From the NCBI GenBank assembly GCA_049598575.1, contig JBMYNT010000004.1, positions 1 through 57,482 of the forward strand: a stretch of DNA of 57,482 nucleotides, in the 5' to 3' direction. Of the stretch, positions 36,999-47,300 are shown in pieces; positions within the stretch are counted from its first letter, which is position 1; every line of letters starts with the position of its first letter. Below the pieces are notes generated by a model. It saw only the letters and a program-made list of their open reading frames with translations. It had not been told where the DNA came from and did not search any database. This DNA is from Candidatus Poseidoniaceae archaeon (GTDB lineage Archaea; Thermoplasmatota; Poseidoniia; Poseidoniales; Poseidoniaceae). Made by a program: the position numbers and the translations under genes.

Positions 36999-39027
36999 TC
37001 AAGCCGCTTTGGCTTCTTCGATCTTGGCATCGTTGGCTTTGATTTGTTCCCAGACCAATTCTGCAATATCCTTGACGTCCATTTCCGCATCAATAGCTGA
37101 CAAACCGTCAGTTACCATGGTCGAACAGAACGGACAACCAACTGCGACAGTATCTGCGCCTGTTGAAGCCAATTCCTTTGCTCGAATGATGTTGACACGG
37201 TCGTTCCCTTCTGGCACATGCTCTTCCATCCACATTTGAGCGCCACCAGCACCGCAACAGAAAGAGCCTCGACCACTGCGTTCAGTTTCAATATCAACAC
37301 CGCCTATTGCATCGCGAGGAGCATCGTATTCTCCACCGATTCGACCAAGATAACATGGGTCGTGGTAGGTGACAGAACCATCGTGCTTCGGTTGTGGAAG
37401 CTTGCCTTCGTTCTGCAAATGCGAAATCAATTGAGAGTGATGCATGACCTCAATGTCTTCTCCACCATAGTCCTTGTATTCCTTACCAAGTGTGTGGAAA
37501 CAGTGTGGGCAAGATGCAACGACCTTCTTGACACCCAATTCGTTGAAGGTCTCCAAGTTGGTTTCAGCAAGCATTTGGAACAGATATTCGTTACCAGCTC
37601 GACGAGCTGCATCACCACTGCATCCTTCCTGCATTCCGAGAATACCGACATCAAGGCCGGCTTCCTTCATGATGGAAATAGTGTCTCGAGCAACCTTCTT
37701 GTTTCGCTCATCGAACGACGCTGCACATCCTGCGAAGTAGATGTATTCTGCAGGTTCAGCGACCTTCACATCAAGATCCGCCGCCCAATCACCACGCTCG
37801 TGCGATGGCAATCCGTACGGGTTTGAATCCGACTCAAGATTCTCAATGGTCGCCATGAGGGGCATAATGGTGTCTTCAACGGATTCATCGAATTCCATTC
37901 GCTCCATCATCAGATGACGGCGAGCATCGGTCAACTTCGGAACGTGCTCGATGTTCACTGGGCAAACGTCGACACAAGCGTGGCAGGTTGTACATGCCCA
38001 GATGGACTCCTCCCCAAATCGGGCAATGATGTCCTCTTCAGGTGTTTCACCAGCGAACAATTGTGAAGCATGGTCGTTTGCATAATGTCGAACATCGTGA
38101 ACGATTTGCATTGGATTGAGCGCTTTGCCACTCGCATAGGCCGGACAGACGTCTTGACAGCGTGCGCAAGATGTGCAAGCCCACCCATCGATGAGACTCC
38201 TCCAGGTCAATTGCGTGTAATTGGCTGCACCGAACGATTCCAAGTCAAGTTCTTCCAATGAAACAGCAGAACCGCTCTCATCCGTTGCCAGAGGACGCAT
38301 CTTCGCCATCGGCTCGGTGTCGTAGAATGCAACGTTTGGAAGTGCCATAACCAAATGCATATGCTTTGAAAGCGGAATTAGGAACAAGAATGTACAGATA
38401 GCAACCATGTGTGCCCAATATGCAGCATTGATGGTTGTTTGAGACGGCGCAAACGTATCTGCAACCCAAGCACCGATCATTTCCCACGTTGGATGCGGAT
38501 TCTCTCCTGCTTCAACGATGTAGGACGTTGTACAGATGGTCATAATCAGGAGCAGAATGACATTGCCTTCAAGTTGGGACTTCCCCTTAAGTTTCTCTGG
38601 CGTGAACAAAACGCGTCGATTCAGTGCAAGGAAACAACCGATCAATGCGCTTGTGTAGCCAAGTTCAACCATACCGTTCCAGATTCCATTCAGTGCTTCA
38701 GGCAAAACATGCTCACTGAATCGATTGGCTGTAGCCAAGTCCAACATATCAGAGGAGAGCATAAGGAATCCCCCAAAACATGAGAACGTGCATCGTTCCC
38801 GCCACTTTGTCTTCCAGAACCTTTCGCTGGCCAAGCCATACAGTAAGGGTCTCCTTGAGCCGCTTCCCCCAAGAGTCGAATCGCTTGTCAGGAGCGCCAA
38901 GGAGAACAAGACGCGTCGCTTTTTGCACTTGATAGGCAAAGAAGGCGATTGAGATTCCTCCAAGAACAAGAAGGAGATAGTATCCCTTGATTCCCGCATA
39001 GGTTACGTCGAGCGGATGTTCCATCAT
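36999..39027 (-). pseudogene. Membrane-bound Fe-S oxidoreductase (FadF/HdrD/GlpC-like) interrupted by one extra base; sequencing error or pseudogene
   Basis: The N-terminus (ORF 38749-39027) and the body (ORF 36999-38999) join at ...HVLMFWG|FLMLSS if one C is removed from C5 at 38770-38774. Two CxxCxxCxxxCP motifs and two CCG-type domains are intact. Confidence 0.85.
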
Positions 39028-39111
39028 GAGTCAACCCAAGCACATTCAATCCTTCAACCCAACGATGGAATCAATACCAATCCTAATGGTTAAGATAGGT
39101 CTCCATGGAAC

Positions 39112-40092
39112 ATGGTCAAAGCGAGTGCTCCCGGAAAGTGCATACTTTTCGGAGAACACGCTGTTGTTTACGGGCAACCAGCCTTGGCCTGCAGCATTAG
39201 CCAACGAATGACCCTCGAACTTGAGGTGGAAGAGACGTTTGACACGTGGCGATTGGATGGACGTACCTTCAATCCCAAAAAACACCCACACATCGATTAC
39301 CTTCGAAAGCAATTGCCACCATTCGAGGAGCAACCAATTCATATTCGTATACGAGGTTCCATCCCCAAAGCATCTGGCCTTGGCTCCTCCGCTGCATTGT
39401 CGGTAGCACTGTGTGGTGCACTCCAACAACTTCGCGGTGAAGATCTGAACCCAATGCAGGCGAGTGAACTCTCACACAGTGCTGAAGCGAACGCACAAGG
39501 TGGACGTGCGAGTCCAATGGATACTGCCACCAGTTCCTTTGGAGGATTTGTTGTTCTCTCAGACACCGTTGAAGACGATTTGGAATACCTTGGAGTGCGT
39601 ACGATGGACGTTGAAGGTGCGACGCTTCAGTGGCACCTGCATACATTCAACGCGGAGATTCCGGATGGCGTTGCTCTCGTCATAGGCAACACAGGCGTTC
39701 ACGGTTCGACATCATCCATGGTCAAACATGTGGCTGATTTACTCCGCAAGAACCCCCAACGTAGCGTCGAGCTCGAAACCATCGGAGCCATCGCTCGAAG
39801 AGGTATTCAAGCCCTCAAAGAAGGCAACATGAAGGCGGTAGGGCAAGCCATGAGCGAGAATCACATGGTTCTGCGTTCGCTCGGTGTTTCTTCTCCTGAA
39901 CTCGAGCGTTTGATACGAGCGGCTGCGCCCTCAAGCCTTGGCGTCAAATTGACTGGAGCAGGCGGAGGCGGTTGCATGATTGCTCTAACGATGAATCCTG
40001 AAGAAACCGTTGGCGCCATTGAAATGGAAGGTGGTCGAGCGTTTATTACGCATTTCAATGAGCCCGGCCTTGCAATTGAGCATTTAATCTAG
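39112..40092 (+). CDS. mvk: Mevalonate kinase (GHMP kinase)
   Basis: SAPGKCILFGEHAVVYG; IPKASGLGSSAA; SPMD; KLTGAGGGG. Confidence 0.93.
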   Translation: MVKASAPGKCILFGEHAVVYGQPALACSISQRMTLELEVEETFDTWRLDGRTFNPKKHPHIDYLRKQLPPFEEQPIHIRIRGSIPKASGLGSSAALSVALCGALQQLRGEDLNPMQASELSHSAEANAQGGRASPMDTATSSFGGFVVLSDTVEDDLEYLGVRTMDVEGATLQWHLHTFNAEIPDGVALVIGNTGVHGSTSSMVKHVADLLRKNPQRSVELETIGAIARRGIQALKEGNMKAVGQAMSENHMVLRSLGVSSPELERLIRAAAPSSLGVKLTGAGGGGCMIALTMNPEETVGAIEMEGGRAFITHFNEPGLAIEHLI

Positions 40093-40113
40093 AAACCGAT
40101 ACTCATAGGTTTC
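40092..40113. other. Imperfect hairpin/inverted repeat between mvk and tbp
   Basis: GAAACCGAT-ACTC-ATAGGTTTC pairs at 8 of 9 positions. Its function (terminator or operator) is unknown. Confidence 0.35.
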
Positions 40114-40136
40114 GCCATCAAAGCGTGGGCCCTTCA

Positions 40137-40144
40137 TTTATATA
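40137..40144 (+). promoter_or_regulatory. TATA box of tbp
   Basis: TTTATATA lies 24-31 nt upstream of ATG 40168. Confidence 0.7.
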
Positions 40145-40167
40145 TGCGGGGAGGAAGCCGACAACCC

Positions 40168-40782
40168 ATGACCACTGATGAAGAGCGCTTGACTGTTGTT
40201 AACGTCGTAGCAAGTACCCGCGTAGCCGAAGAACTTGACCTCCCAGATATCGCAATTCAACTCAATTGTGAGTACGAGCCAGAACAATTCCCTGGTGTCG
40301 TTTACCGTGTCACGGACCCGAAACTTGCCATTCTGATGTTCCGCTCAGGACGAGCCGTTTGTACCGGTGGAAAGGACGAAGACAACATTCACACAGGTAT
40401 CGATCGAATGATCAAGGACCTACGAGCTGCAGGCATCACAACTTGGGACCTCAAGGACGTTGAGATTGAAGTTCAAAACATGGTTGCAACTTACGCTCTT
40501 CACTATCCTGAAGACTACGATGGAAACGACAAGTTCACCGGTGCTCCACTTGCAGGTGAACCACGAAAGTTGAACCTCAACAACCTCACGTTCCACTTGC
40601 CTTTCGACAAGGTTGAGTACGAACCAGAACAATTCCCTGGACTCATCTATCGACTCGATTATCCAAAGGTTGTCTGTCTGATTTTCGGCAGCGGTAAAAT
40701 GGTCATTACCGGTGCGCGACACAAGGACGAAATCTTGGAAGCAGTTGAAATCATCAAGGACGAACTTGCTGATCTCCTCTGA
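40168..40782 (+). CDS. tbp: TATA-box-binding protein
   Basis: Two direct repeats: NVVAS...YEPEQFPG...FRSGR.VCTG and NMVAT...YEPEQFPG...FGSGK.VITG. Confidence 0.98.
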   Translation: MTTDEERLTVVNVVASTRVAEELDLPDIAIQLNCEYEPEQFPGVVYRVTDPKLAILMFRSGRAVCTGGKDEDNIHTGIDRMIKDLRAAGITTWDLKDVEIEVQNMVATYALHYPEDYDGNDKFTGAPLAGEPRKLNLNNLTFHLPFDKVEYEPEQFPGLIYRLDYPKVVCLIFGSGKMVITGARHKDEILEAVEIIKDELADLL

Positions 40783-40827
40783 GGCCATCGTCGCACCTTT
40801 GATGTGCAAGAACGTACAAGCACACAC

Positions 40828-43800
40828 ATGGGCGGAGTGCTCAAGTCACGTGTCTTGACCCTGCTCGTTCTTGCCTGCATGATTGGATTTAGTCAAATTC
40901 CATTGGTTGAACATAACATTCTGTCTTCTGGCGAGCGAGTCGTCCAACGAAGTGGGTCCAATCCTGGAGTAACCGATCTACCTACATGGAGAGTTGGAGA
41001 CAAGTGGATTTACTCAGGGACGTTTGACCCTTCCATTCTCATCACAGATACGGGCGTTTCAGCGAACGTGGGTGAGATTCGAGGCGATGCAACTGCTGAA
41101 GTCACAGACATTCTCGAACTCCAATTCGACAACGGAACCGAATGGGTTTACAAACTGCGAATGTCCGCAGATTTCGACAAAAGTGGTGTCGAACTTGAAG
41201 GGTTCACAGGGAACGCTGAAATCCAATTCACACAGACCGAATACCTCCGAGTGAGCGACTTTGCGACTGTGAAGAACGATCTCGATCTGTACATCAAGTT
41301 CATTCCATACGGCATCGGTTCGCTCACGCAAATTCTCGGTGATATCACGATTACGAACGAATACAGCCCTGCTACAGAGGCGTACGATTTCCCACTCCGC
41401 TATGGTGAACGGTGGACTTCACTGACAACTGCATCCTCTCAGTGGTCTGGTCAAAGCGATTACATTACACCATTTCCGCCACCAGAAACGGATACCAACA
41501 CAACGACATGGGAAGTCACCGATGTCGGACAACCTCGAAACGCCATTGGAGCCGGAATCGCCTACAGTGGATGCGATGCATCGTATGAACTGACTTCGTG
41601 GAACTCTGATGGCGTCTCAACAGGTTACCGATGGTACTGCCCAGCGGTCAACAATTATGCGTGGCGGCATGCCGAAGAAGACGTTGGACTAACCATCGAT
41701 TTCCGTTTAAAGCAGTACATGCCAGTTGGAGCGACGGGCGTTGAGAGCAACAGCGATCCAGGTACTCGGCCGACGTGTGTCGACGTCGATCCTGAGCGTT
41801 CCCTCACAGCGCTTGATTCGCCACTTGAAGTATGGGTTCACCTCAGCCCATCGTGTTATGGAACCATTGACGGAGTTGGGGTTGAGGTTGCGTACGATGG
41901 TGCCTCAACCACTGTCTATACCGCTTCAAACGGTTCAGCAAGCACAACGATTGATTCAGGCAGCAGCATTGATTATTCAGCAACGAATACGGACTGGTCC
42001 AGTCATGGCATCATGGCAAAATCTGGAAGTTACGTAGGTGCAGCGACCATCACCCTTGACGAATACCTCGTAGGCCTCGACTTGATTGCAGACGAAGAGC
42101 GAGCTGTCATCATTCGAAACAGAAGCGGAGTTGTCAGCACTGTCAGTTCCCTGTCAGGTTACAATGTCCTTCCTGGTGATGACTTAACCATCGAAGTCGC
42201 TGTTGCCAACAAAGGTATCACAACATCCACAGCGACAGATTTGCGCATTTATCATCCAGATGGCTCCATCTTTGACCTCGGATTACCACCTCTCGCCACA
42301 TACGAATCTCACAAGGTCAATTTCACTTGGACAGTTCCCGCTGATGCAGCGATTGGAACCTTACCAATTCGATGGGAATCAGATCCTCTTCAAGTCAACA
42401 CTGCAGATGCCAATGCAGATAACGACCTCGGTGAAATTGAGTTGTTCATTGGACGTCTACCGACAGCAGTCCTCGAACCCATCGAAGTCTACACAAACGT
42501 CGAGACGGTCATCAATGCCTCGGGTAGTTTTGATGAGGACGGGGGCAATGTATCGTGTCTGTTCAATGTTCCTTGGTACGATGGTACCCGCTCAGCAGCG
42601 TGGACCCGAGTTGAATCCATGGATTGCATGCTGAATTGGACATGGACAAACGATGGAGAATATCCCGTCGAGGTCACCATTACCGACGAAGAACAAGACC
42701 AAGTCGAAGGTATTCTTGATGTTGTGATTTTAAATCGCGCCCCAAACATCGAGGTCATTAGCGCTCGTAACGAGGTCAAAGTCGAACATCCTGTTACACT
42801 CTACGCTTACGCAAACGATACGGACTCTGAAGACCCGTTTCCCGGAATCGTGGATGTGTACTGGCCAAATGCAATCTGCGAGGAAGGATACTACACTCGA
42901 ATTTGTACAACGACTGCACCAACGGAAGGATGGCATACATTCCAAGCCGTTGGTGTCGACGACGACAGTGCCATGACCATGGCCAGCATCGACATCCGAT
43001 TCACCAACATCAACCCCCACGGCCTGTCTGTCACCATGACCAACGACAGTGGCCCGCTTCCACTCGATGTCCAGCAAACCTGGCATGTTCAAGAGGACCA
43101 GATGGTCAATCTCCGTGGTCAAGCACTCGATTCAATCGATGATTTGGATGGTTTAACCCACCGTTGGTGGCCAGATGATGCACAACCAAATCTCATCAAG
43201 ACGTTCGACGGACGAGTCTCGGAATTTGAGATGATGTGGGAGACAGCTGGACTCCACCGCATGCGCCTCGAAGTGAGCGACTCTGAAGGGGCCAGCAGCG
43301 GTACATACGAGCGATGGGTAAGTGTTGCAAACGTCCCGCCAGTTGTTCAGCCACTGGAGCAAGTTCTCCCCCTTGCAGAAGGAGAAGAAGTTCGATTGGT
43401 CGGCAATGCAACGGATACACCCTCCGATTACGATACGTTGATTCGTTGCTGGGATGTCGATCCCGGTCTCGATTCCAACGATATCGGCGGTGCTGATGAT
43501 GATTGTGATGTGGTTGGCGATGAACTGGTCTGGCATTGGAACACAAGCGGAACGCACACGGTCATCTACCACGTAACCGATGACGACGGCGTGCGTGTGA
43601 GTGAGATTCTCTCCATTGAAGTCCTCAACATCCCACCAATTGTTCGAACCAAGGACATTGCCTGCAACGCCCTCGAAGCATGTCTTTTGGATGCAAGTGG
43701 AACGATCGACTCCATCAATGACCTCGACCAAATCACGGTCGTTTGGGATCTCGACACATCCGTTGACAGCAATGGTGATGGTGTCAAAGACAACGATGCC

Positions 43801-44328
43801 GACAAAATTGGTAAACAAATCGAACATGTGTTCACCCGTGAAGGATCGTACACAATCCGAGTCATTGCATGGGATGAGAACCCAGAACGTCCCGGAACTC
43901 GTGTCATCAATGTCGAGATCGGGGCCCCAGAGCGTACCATCGTGGAGGAATTGGGGGCTGCATTCATCGGCGATGAAGCCAATCCTGTCGCTCAACTCTC
44001 ATTGCTCGCCTTCATGCTCCTTGCCCTCGGCATGATGACACGCCGTCGACGCTCTGGCAGACAGCAACGAGCTATGGATCGGCTTGACCAGCAGCAGAAC
44101 GCAATCTTCAGCGATGAGGAAGTCGGTCTGATGCCGCATGAAATCTCAGCACGTCGCAATCGACCACAAGATCCGCCTGTTGAACGGGCCTTTGATTCAG
44201 TCAGCGTGGCTCCTGCACCTACAACTGGACCCCCTCTTCCAGAAGGCGGATTGCCCGAGGGGTGGACAATGGAGCAGTGGGAGCATTATGGCCAACAATG
44301 GCTCGACTCGCAGGCTGACAATTCCTAA
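40828..44328 (+). CDS. Large single-TM surface protein with CARDB and multiple PKD-like domains; paralog 1
   Basis: Signal peptide; WRVGDKW N-terminal domain; repeated '[VT]DDDG' and 'DASGSFDEDG' PKD motifs; DxNxDG Ca-binding-like loops; TM followed by RRRR; GWTMEQW tail. Confidence 0.92.
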   Translation: MGGVLKSRVLTLLVLACMIGFSQIPLVEHNILSSGERVVQRSGSNPGVTDLPTWRVGDKWIYSGTFDPSILITDTGVSANVGEIRGDATAEVTDILELQFDNGTEWVYKLRMSADFDKSGVELEGFTGNAEIQFTQTEYLRVSDFATVKNDLDLYIKFIPYGIGSLTQILGDITITNEYSPATEAYDFPLRYGERWTSLTTASSQWSGQSDYITPFPPPETDTNTTTWEVTDVGQPRNAIGAGIAYSGCDASYELTSWNSDGVSTGYRWYCPAVNNYAWRHAEEDVGLTIDFRLKQYMPVGATGVESNSDPGTRPTCVDVDPERSLTALDSPLEVWVHLSPSCYGTIDGVGVEVAYDGASTTVYTASNGSASTTIDSGSSIDYSATNTDWSSHGIMAKSGSYVGAATITLDEYLVGLDLIADEERAVIIRNRSGVVSTVSSLSGYNVLPGDDLTIEVAVANKGITTSTATDLRIYHPDGSIFDLGLPPLATYESHKVNFTWTVPADAAIGTLPIRWESDPLQVNTADANADNDLGEIELFIGRLPTAVLEPIEVYTNVETVINASGSFDEDGGNVSCLFNVPWYDGTRSAAWTRVESMDCMLNWTWTNDGEYPVEVTITDEEQDQVEGILDVVILNRAPNIEVISARNEVKVEHPVTLYAYANDTDSEDPFPGIVDVYWPNAICEEGYYTRICTTTAPTEGWHTFQAVGVDDDSAMTMASIDIRFTNINPHGLSVTMTNDSGPLPLDVQQTWHVQEDQMVNLRGQALDSIDDLDGLTHRWWPDDAQPNLIKTFDGRVSEFEMMWETAGLHRMRLEVSDSEGASSGTYERWVSVANVPPVVQPLEQVLPLAEGEEVRLVGNATDTPSDYDTLIRCWDVDPGLDSNDIGGADDDCDVVGDELVWHWNTSGTHTVIYHVTDDDGVRVSEILSIEVLNIPPIVRTKDIACNALEACLLDASGTIDSINDLDQITVVWDLDTSVDSNGDGVKDNDADKIGKQIEHVFTREGSYTIRVIAWDENPERPGTRVINVEIGAPERTIVEELGAAFIGDEANPVAQLSLLAFMLLALGMMTRRRRSGRQQRAMDRLDQQQNAIFSDEEVGLMPHEISARRNRPQDPPVERAFDSVSVAPAPTTGPPLPEGGLPEGWTMEQWEHYGQQWLDSQADNS
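44227..44304 (+). repeat. Conserved cytoplasmic tail module, copy 1 (GPPLPEGGLPEGWTMEQWEHYGQQWL)
   Basis: 19 of 26 residues identical to the copy at 47752-47829, although the flanking tail sequences are unrelated. Confidence 0.9.
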
Positions 44329-44352
44329 GTACAAGGAAGCAGACATTAAGGT

Positions 44353-47300
44353 ATGGCGAACCGCTTTCTGACTTTACTTGTTTTGTTCCTTTTGGCAGGT
44401 TCATCGAGTGTGCACTTTGTCAACAACGACGCAACGACACTTGATGTGCAACCATCTGTTGAACTATCTTCTGGCACAACAAGCTCCACAGATGTTCCAA
44501 GTTGGCGCATCGGTGACAAGTGGACCTATGAGACGCAATTTGATGTCTCTCAACTGCTAGCACAAGCCAACGTATCTGCAAGCCTCAATACACTCACCGG
44601 AGATACTGTTTACGAGATTGATGACATCTTTTTCATCAATGTTGACGGCATCCAAACGCTTGCATACAAGATGCTCATTGAGGGAGAATTCTCATCCGGA
44701 AACAGTGGCGCTACACTCGAAGGCGTTTCTGGAAGGCTCGACATCGATTATTCTGGCGAAGACATCGTACGAGTTCGAGATCTCGCAGTCATCAACTCGG
44801 AATTTGAGTTGGACGTCAACTTTGCACCATTCAATCTTGGCTTCTTATCGCAAAATTTGGCTACCATATCCTTTGACACCTATTACGACCCTCCAAAAGA
44901 AAAATACGATTTTCCAATGAGGACTGGCGATCAATGGTACATGCCATTCATGTCCGGTACGAGCGTAAGCGGTTCATCTGATTACTTTGATCCGACCGAG
45001 TTTGACACACAAGGAGCTGAAAATACCTCCTGGCAGGTCACCAAGGATGGAATTCCAACGGAAGATGGTCAAAACATCAAGTACGAAGGATGCGATGATT
45101 CGTACAAAATCAACGAATGGAACGCAACAGGCGTCAGTGCTGGATTTAATTGGTATTGTCCTGCTGTTCGATTCAACTCTTGGATTCGAATCTCAAACGC
45201 TGCTGGTTTCACCATTGATTGGCTCTTGAAAGACTACGAACCCGTTGATTCGTTTGGCGTTGACAAAAGAAAAAATCCAGGTGATCGGAATGTCGACATC
45301 GAGGTTGAGACACAATTTATTGCCACACTACCAGACTCAGAATCAAAGATATACGCAACCTACTCGGTAGCTCCAAACGGCATACCAGAGGTCAACAAAA
45401 ACCTCCAGTTGCGTTACGAAATGGCGGGAACGCTGATCAATCCAATTACAAACAGCAGTGGTATGATTGAAGAGGCAATCAACGTTTCAAATGTCGTGGA
45501 TGACACCATCGCTAGCGATGATTTTAGCAGCAACGGCGTGATTGTCTGGGATCCAGTTCAGGAAATTATTGGCGTTGCCACGGTTGTCATCGACTTGTCT
45601 GTTGTTGGCATCGATTTGGTTGCTCAAGAAGACTCAATCATCGTTACACGAACCCGCGATGGCGAGGTTGCGACCCTGTCAAAATCCATTGGTTACAACG
45701 CCTTGCCAGGTGACGAACTCTCCTTCTCTCTACCAGCCCAAAACAGAGGTGTTTTGCCATCTCCTTCAACAGAAATGGAAATTATTGTTCCTGATGGCGA
45801 TTCGAGCCGACAGGCTGTTCCATCCATCGAGGCGTACAGTGAACAACGTATCGTGATCGACTGGATTGTTCCTGAAAATTCCACCATCGGTAACCAGACA
45901 TTAACCTTCACCGTTGATCCGGATGAGCTCATCACCGGGGACGCCAATCGAAGCAACAACCAAGCTACTGTGGATGTCTTCATCGGCCGTGCACCGAACG
46001 CATCGATCACCATCGATACTGGGAACTATACGTTCGAGGACGTCTTCATTGATGCAAGTTCTTCCTTTGACCCTGATGGTGGGGACGTCGAGTGCAGGTT
46101 TGAAATTGAATCACGTCCAGGTCTTGTCGATGTCATTACAACGCCAGATTGTGCCATCAGTTGGAACTGGTCTGACGATGGTGACTGGGAATTGCGAACC
46201 ATTGTAACCGACAATGAACTTGATTCAACTGTTTTGACCAGCAATGTCACCATCCTGAATCGAGCACCATACATCAACCTCAGCCACCCAACGGAAATTG
46301 CTGTCGAATCTTCCATCACCATCGATGCCAGTGATAGCGGTGATATCGACACTGTATCTCCATCGGGCCAGCAAGTCAGTGTTTCTTGGCCAGATTTGAA
46401 CTGTCTCGAAGGATTAACACAACCGACGTGTACCTTTACACCACTTGAAGAGGGAACGATGCCGATCCGTGCAATTGCAACCGACGATGATGGCGAAGAA
46501 ACCGAAGTGATTTCATCGATTGAAGTTCTGAATGTCGCCCCAAGCATTGGTGAAATTGACGTTTGGATTGCAGGCGTAAACACACCATTCGATGCGAATG
46601 GAACATGGGTACTCCAAGAGGATCAAACCGTCATTCTACGTGCTCAAGGGGATGACACAATCAACGACCGTGATGGACTCATCATCAACTGGAACCTAAG
46701 CGATGTTCTTGACAATCTCACAGTCTCCACCGATGGCTCAGCCTCGGATGTTGCAACGTCATGGCCAACGTCTGGAGAACACATCATCTCAGTTCGCGCT
46801 GTTGATGACAACGGAGCAACTTCTTCCACATCGCTCGCAAAGGTCACGATTGTCAACGTACCTCCAACCATGACAGCAGAGGCGAATTTCCTCAACGCTG
46901 TCAACAACGGCCTCACGGTTTCTGAAGACGACAAGGTGGTCTTTGACGTCATTGTCGACGATACGGCATCTGACAAGGACTCACTGGAAGTCTGTTGGGA
47001 TATTGATGGAACACGTGATGCGGACCTCGATGGTACCCTGAACAATGACTGTGATGTGAGTGGAACGCATTTTGAGTACACATGGGAAACCAGCAACCCT
47101 CAGTTTCGAACCGTCACAGCATGGGTGAAGGACGATGATGGCGCCATGGCTTCAATTTCGGCTGTTGTCAAGGTTCAGAACGTCCTACCAGGCGCAGAGA
47201 TTTCGTTCGCCAATGGATCACTTGACAACCTCGTGAAGGGCGATACGCTCAACCTCACATCCGATGGAACGACCGATTCAGATTCGGATAAATTGAACAT

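Noticed and set aside
38765-38780. Programmed ribosomal frameshift in the Fe-S oxidoreductase
   Set aside because: Restoring the frame needs a +1 shift; the site is not an X XXY YYZ -1 heptamer in the right phase and I saw no stimulatory structure. An indel is simpler.
43153-43995. 280-aa ORF antisense to PKD paralog 1
   Set aside because: Long antisense frames are expected opposite Asp/Val-rich genes; it has no motifs or expression signals.
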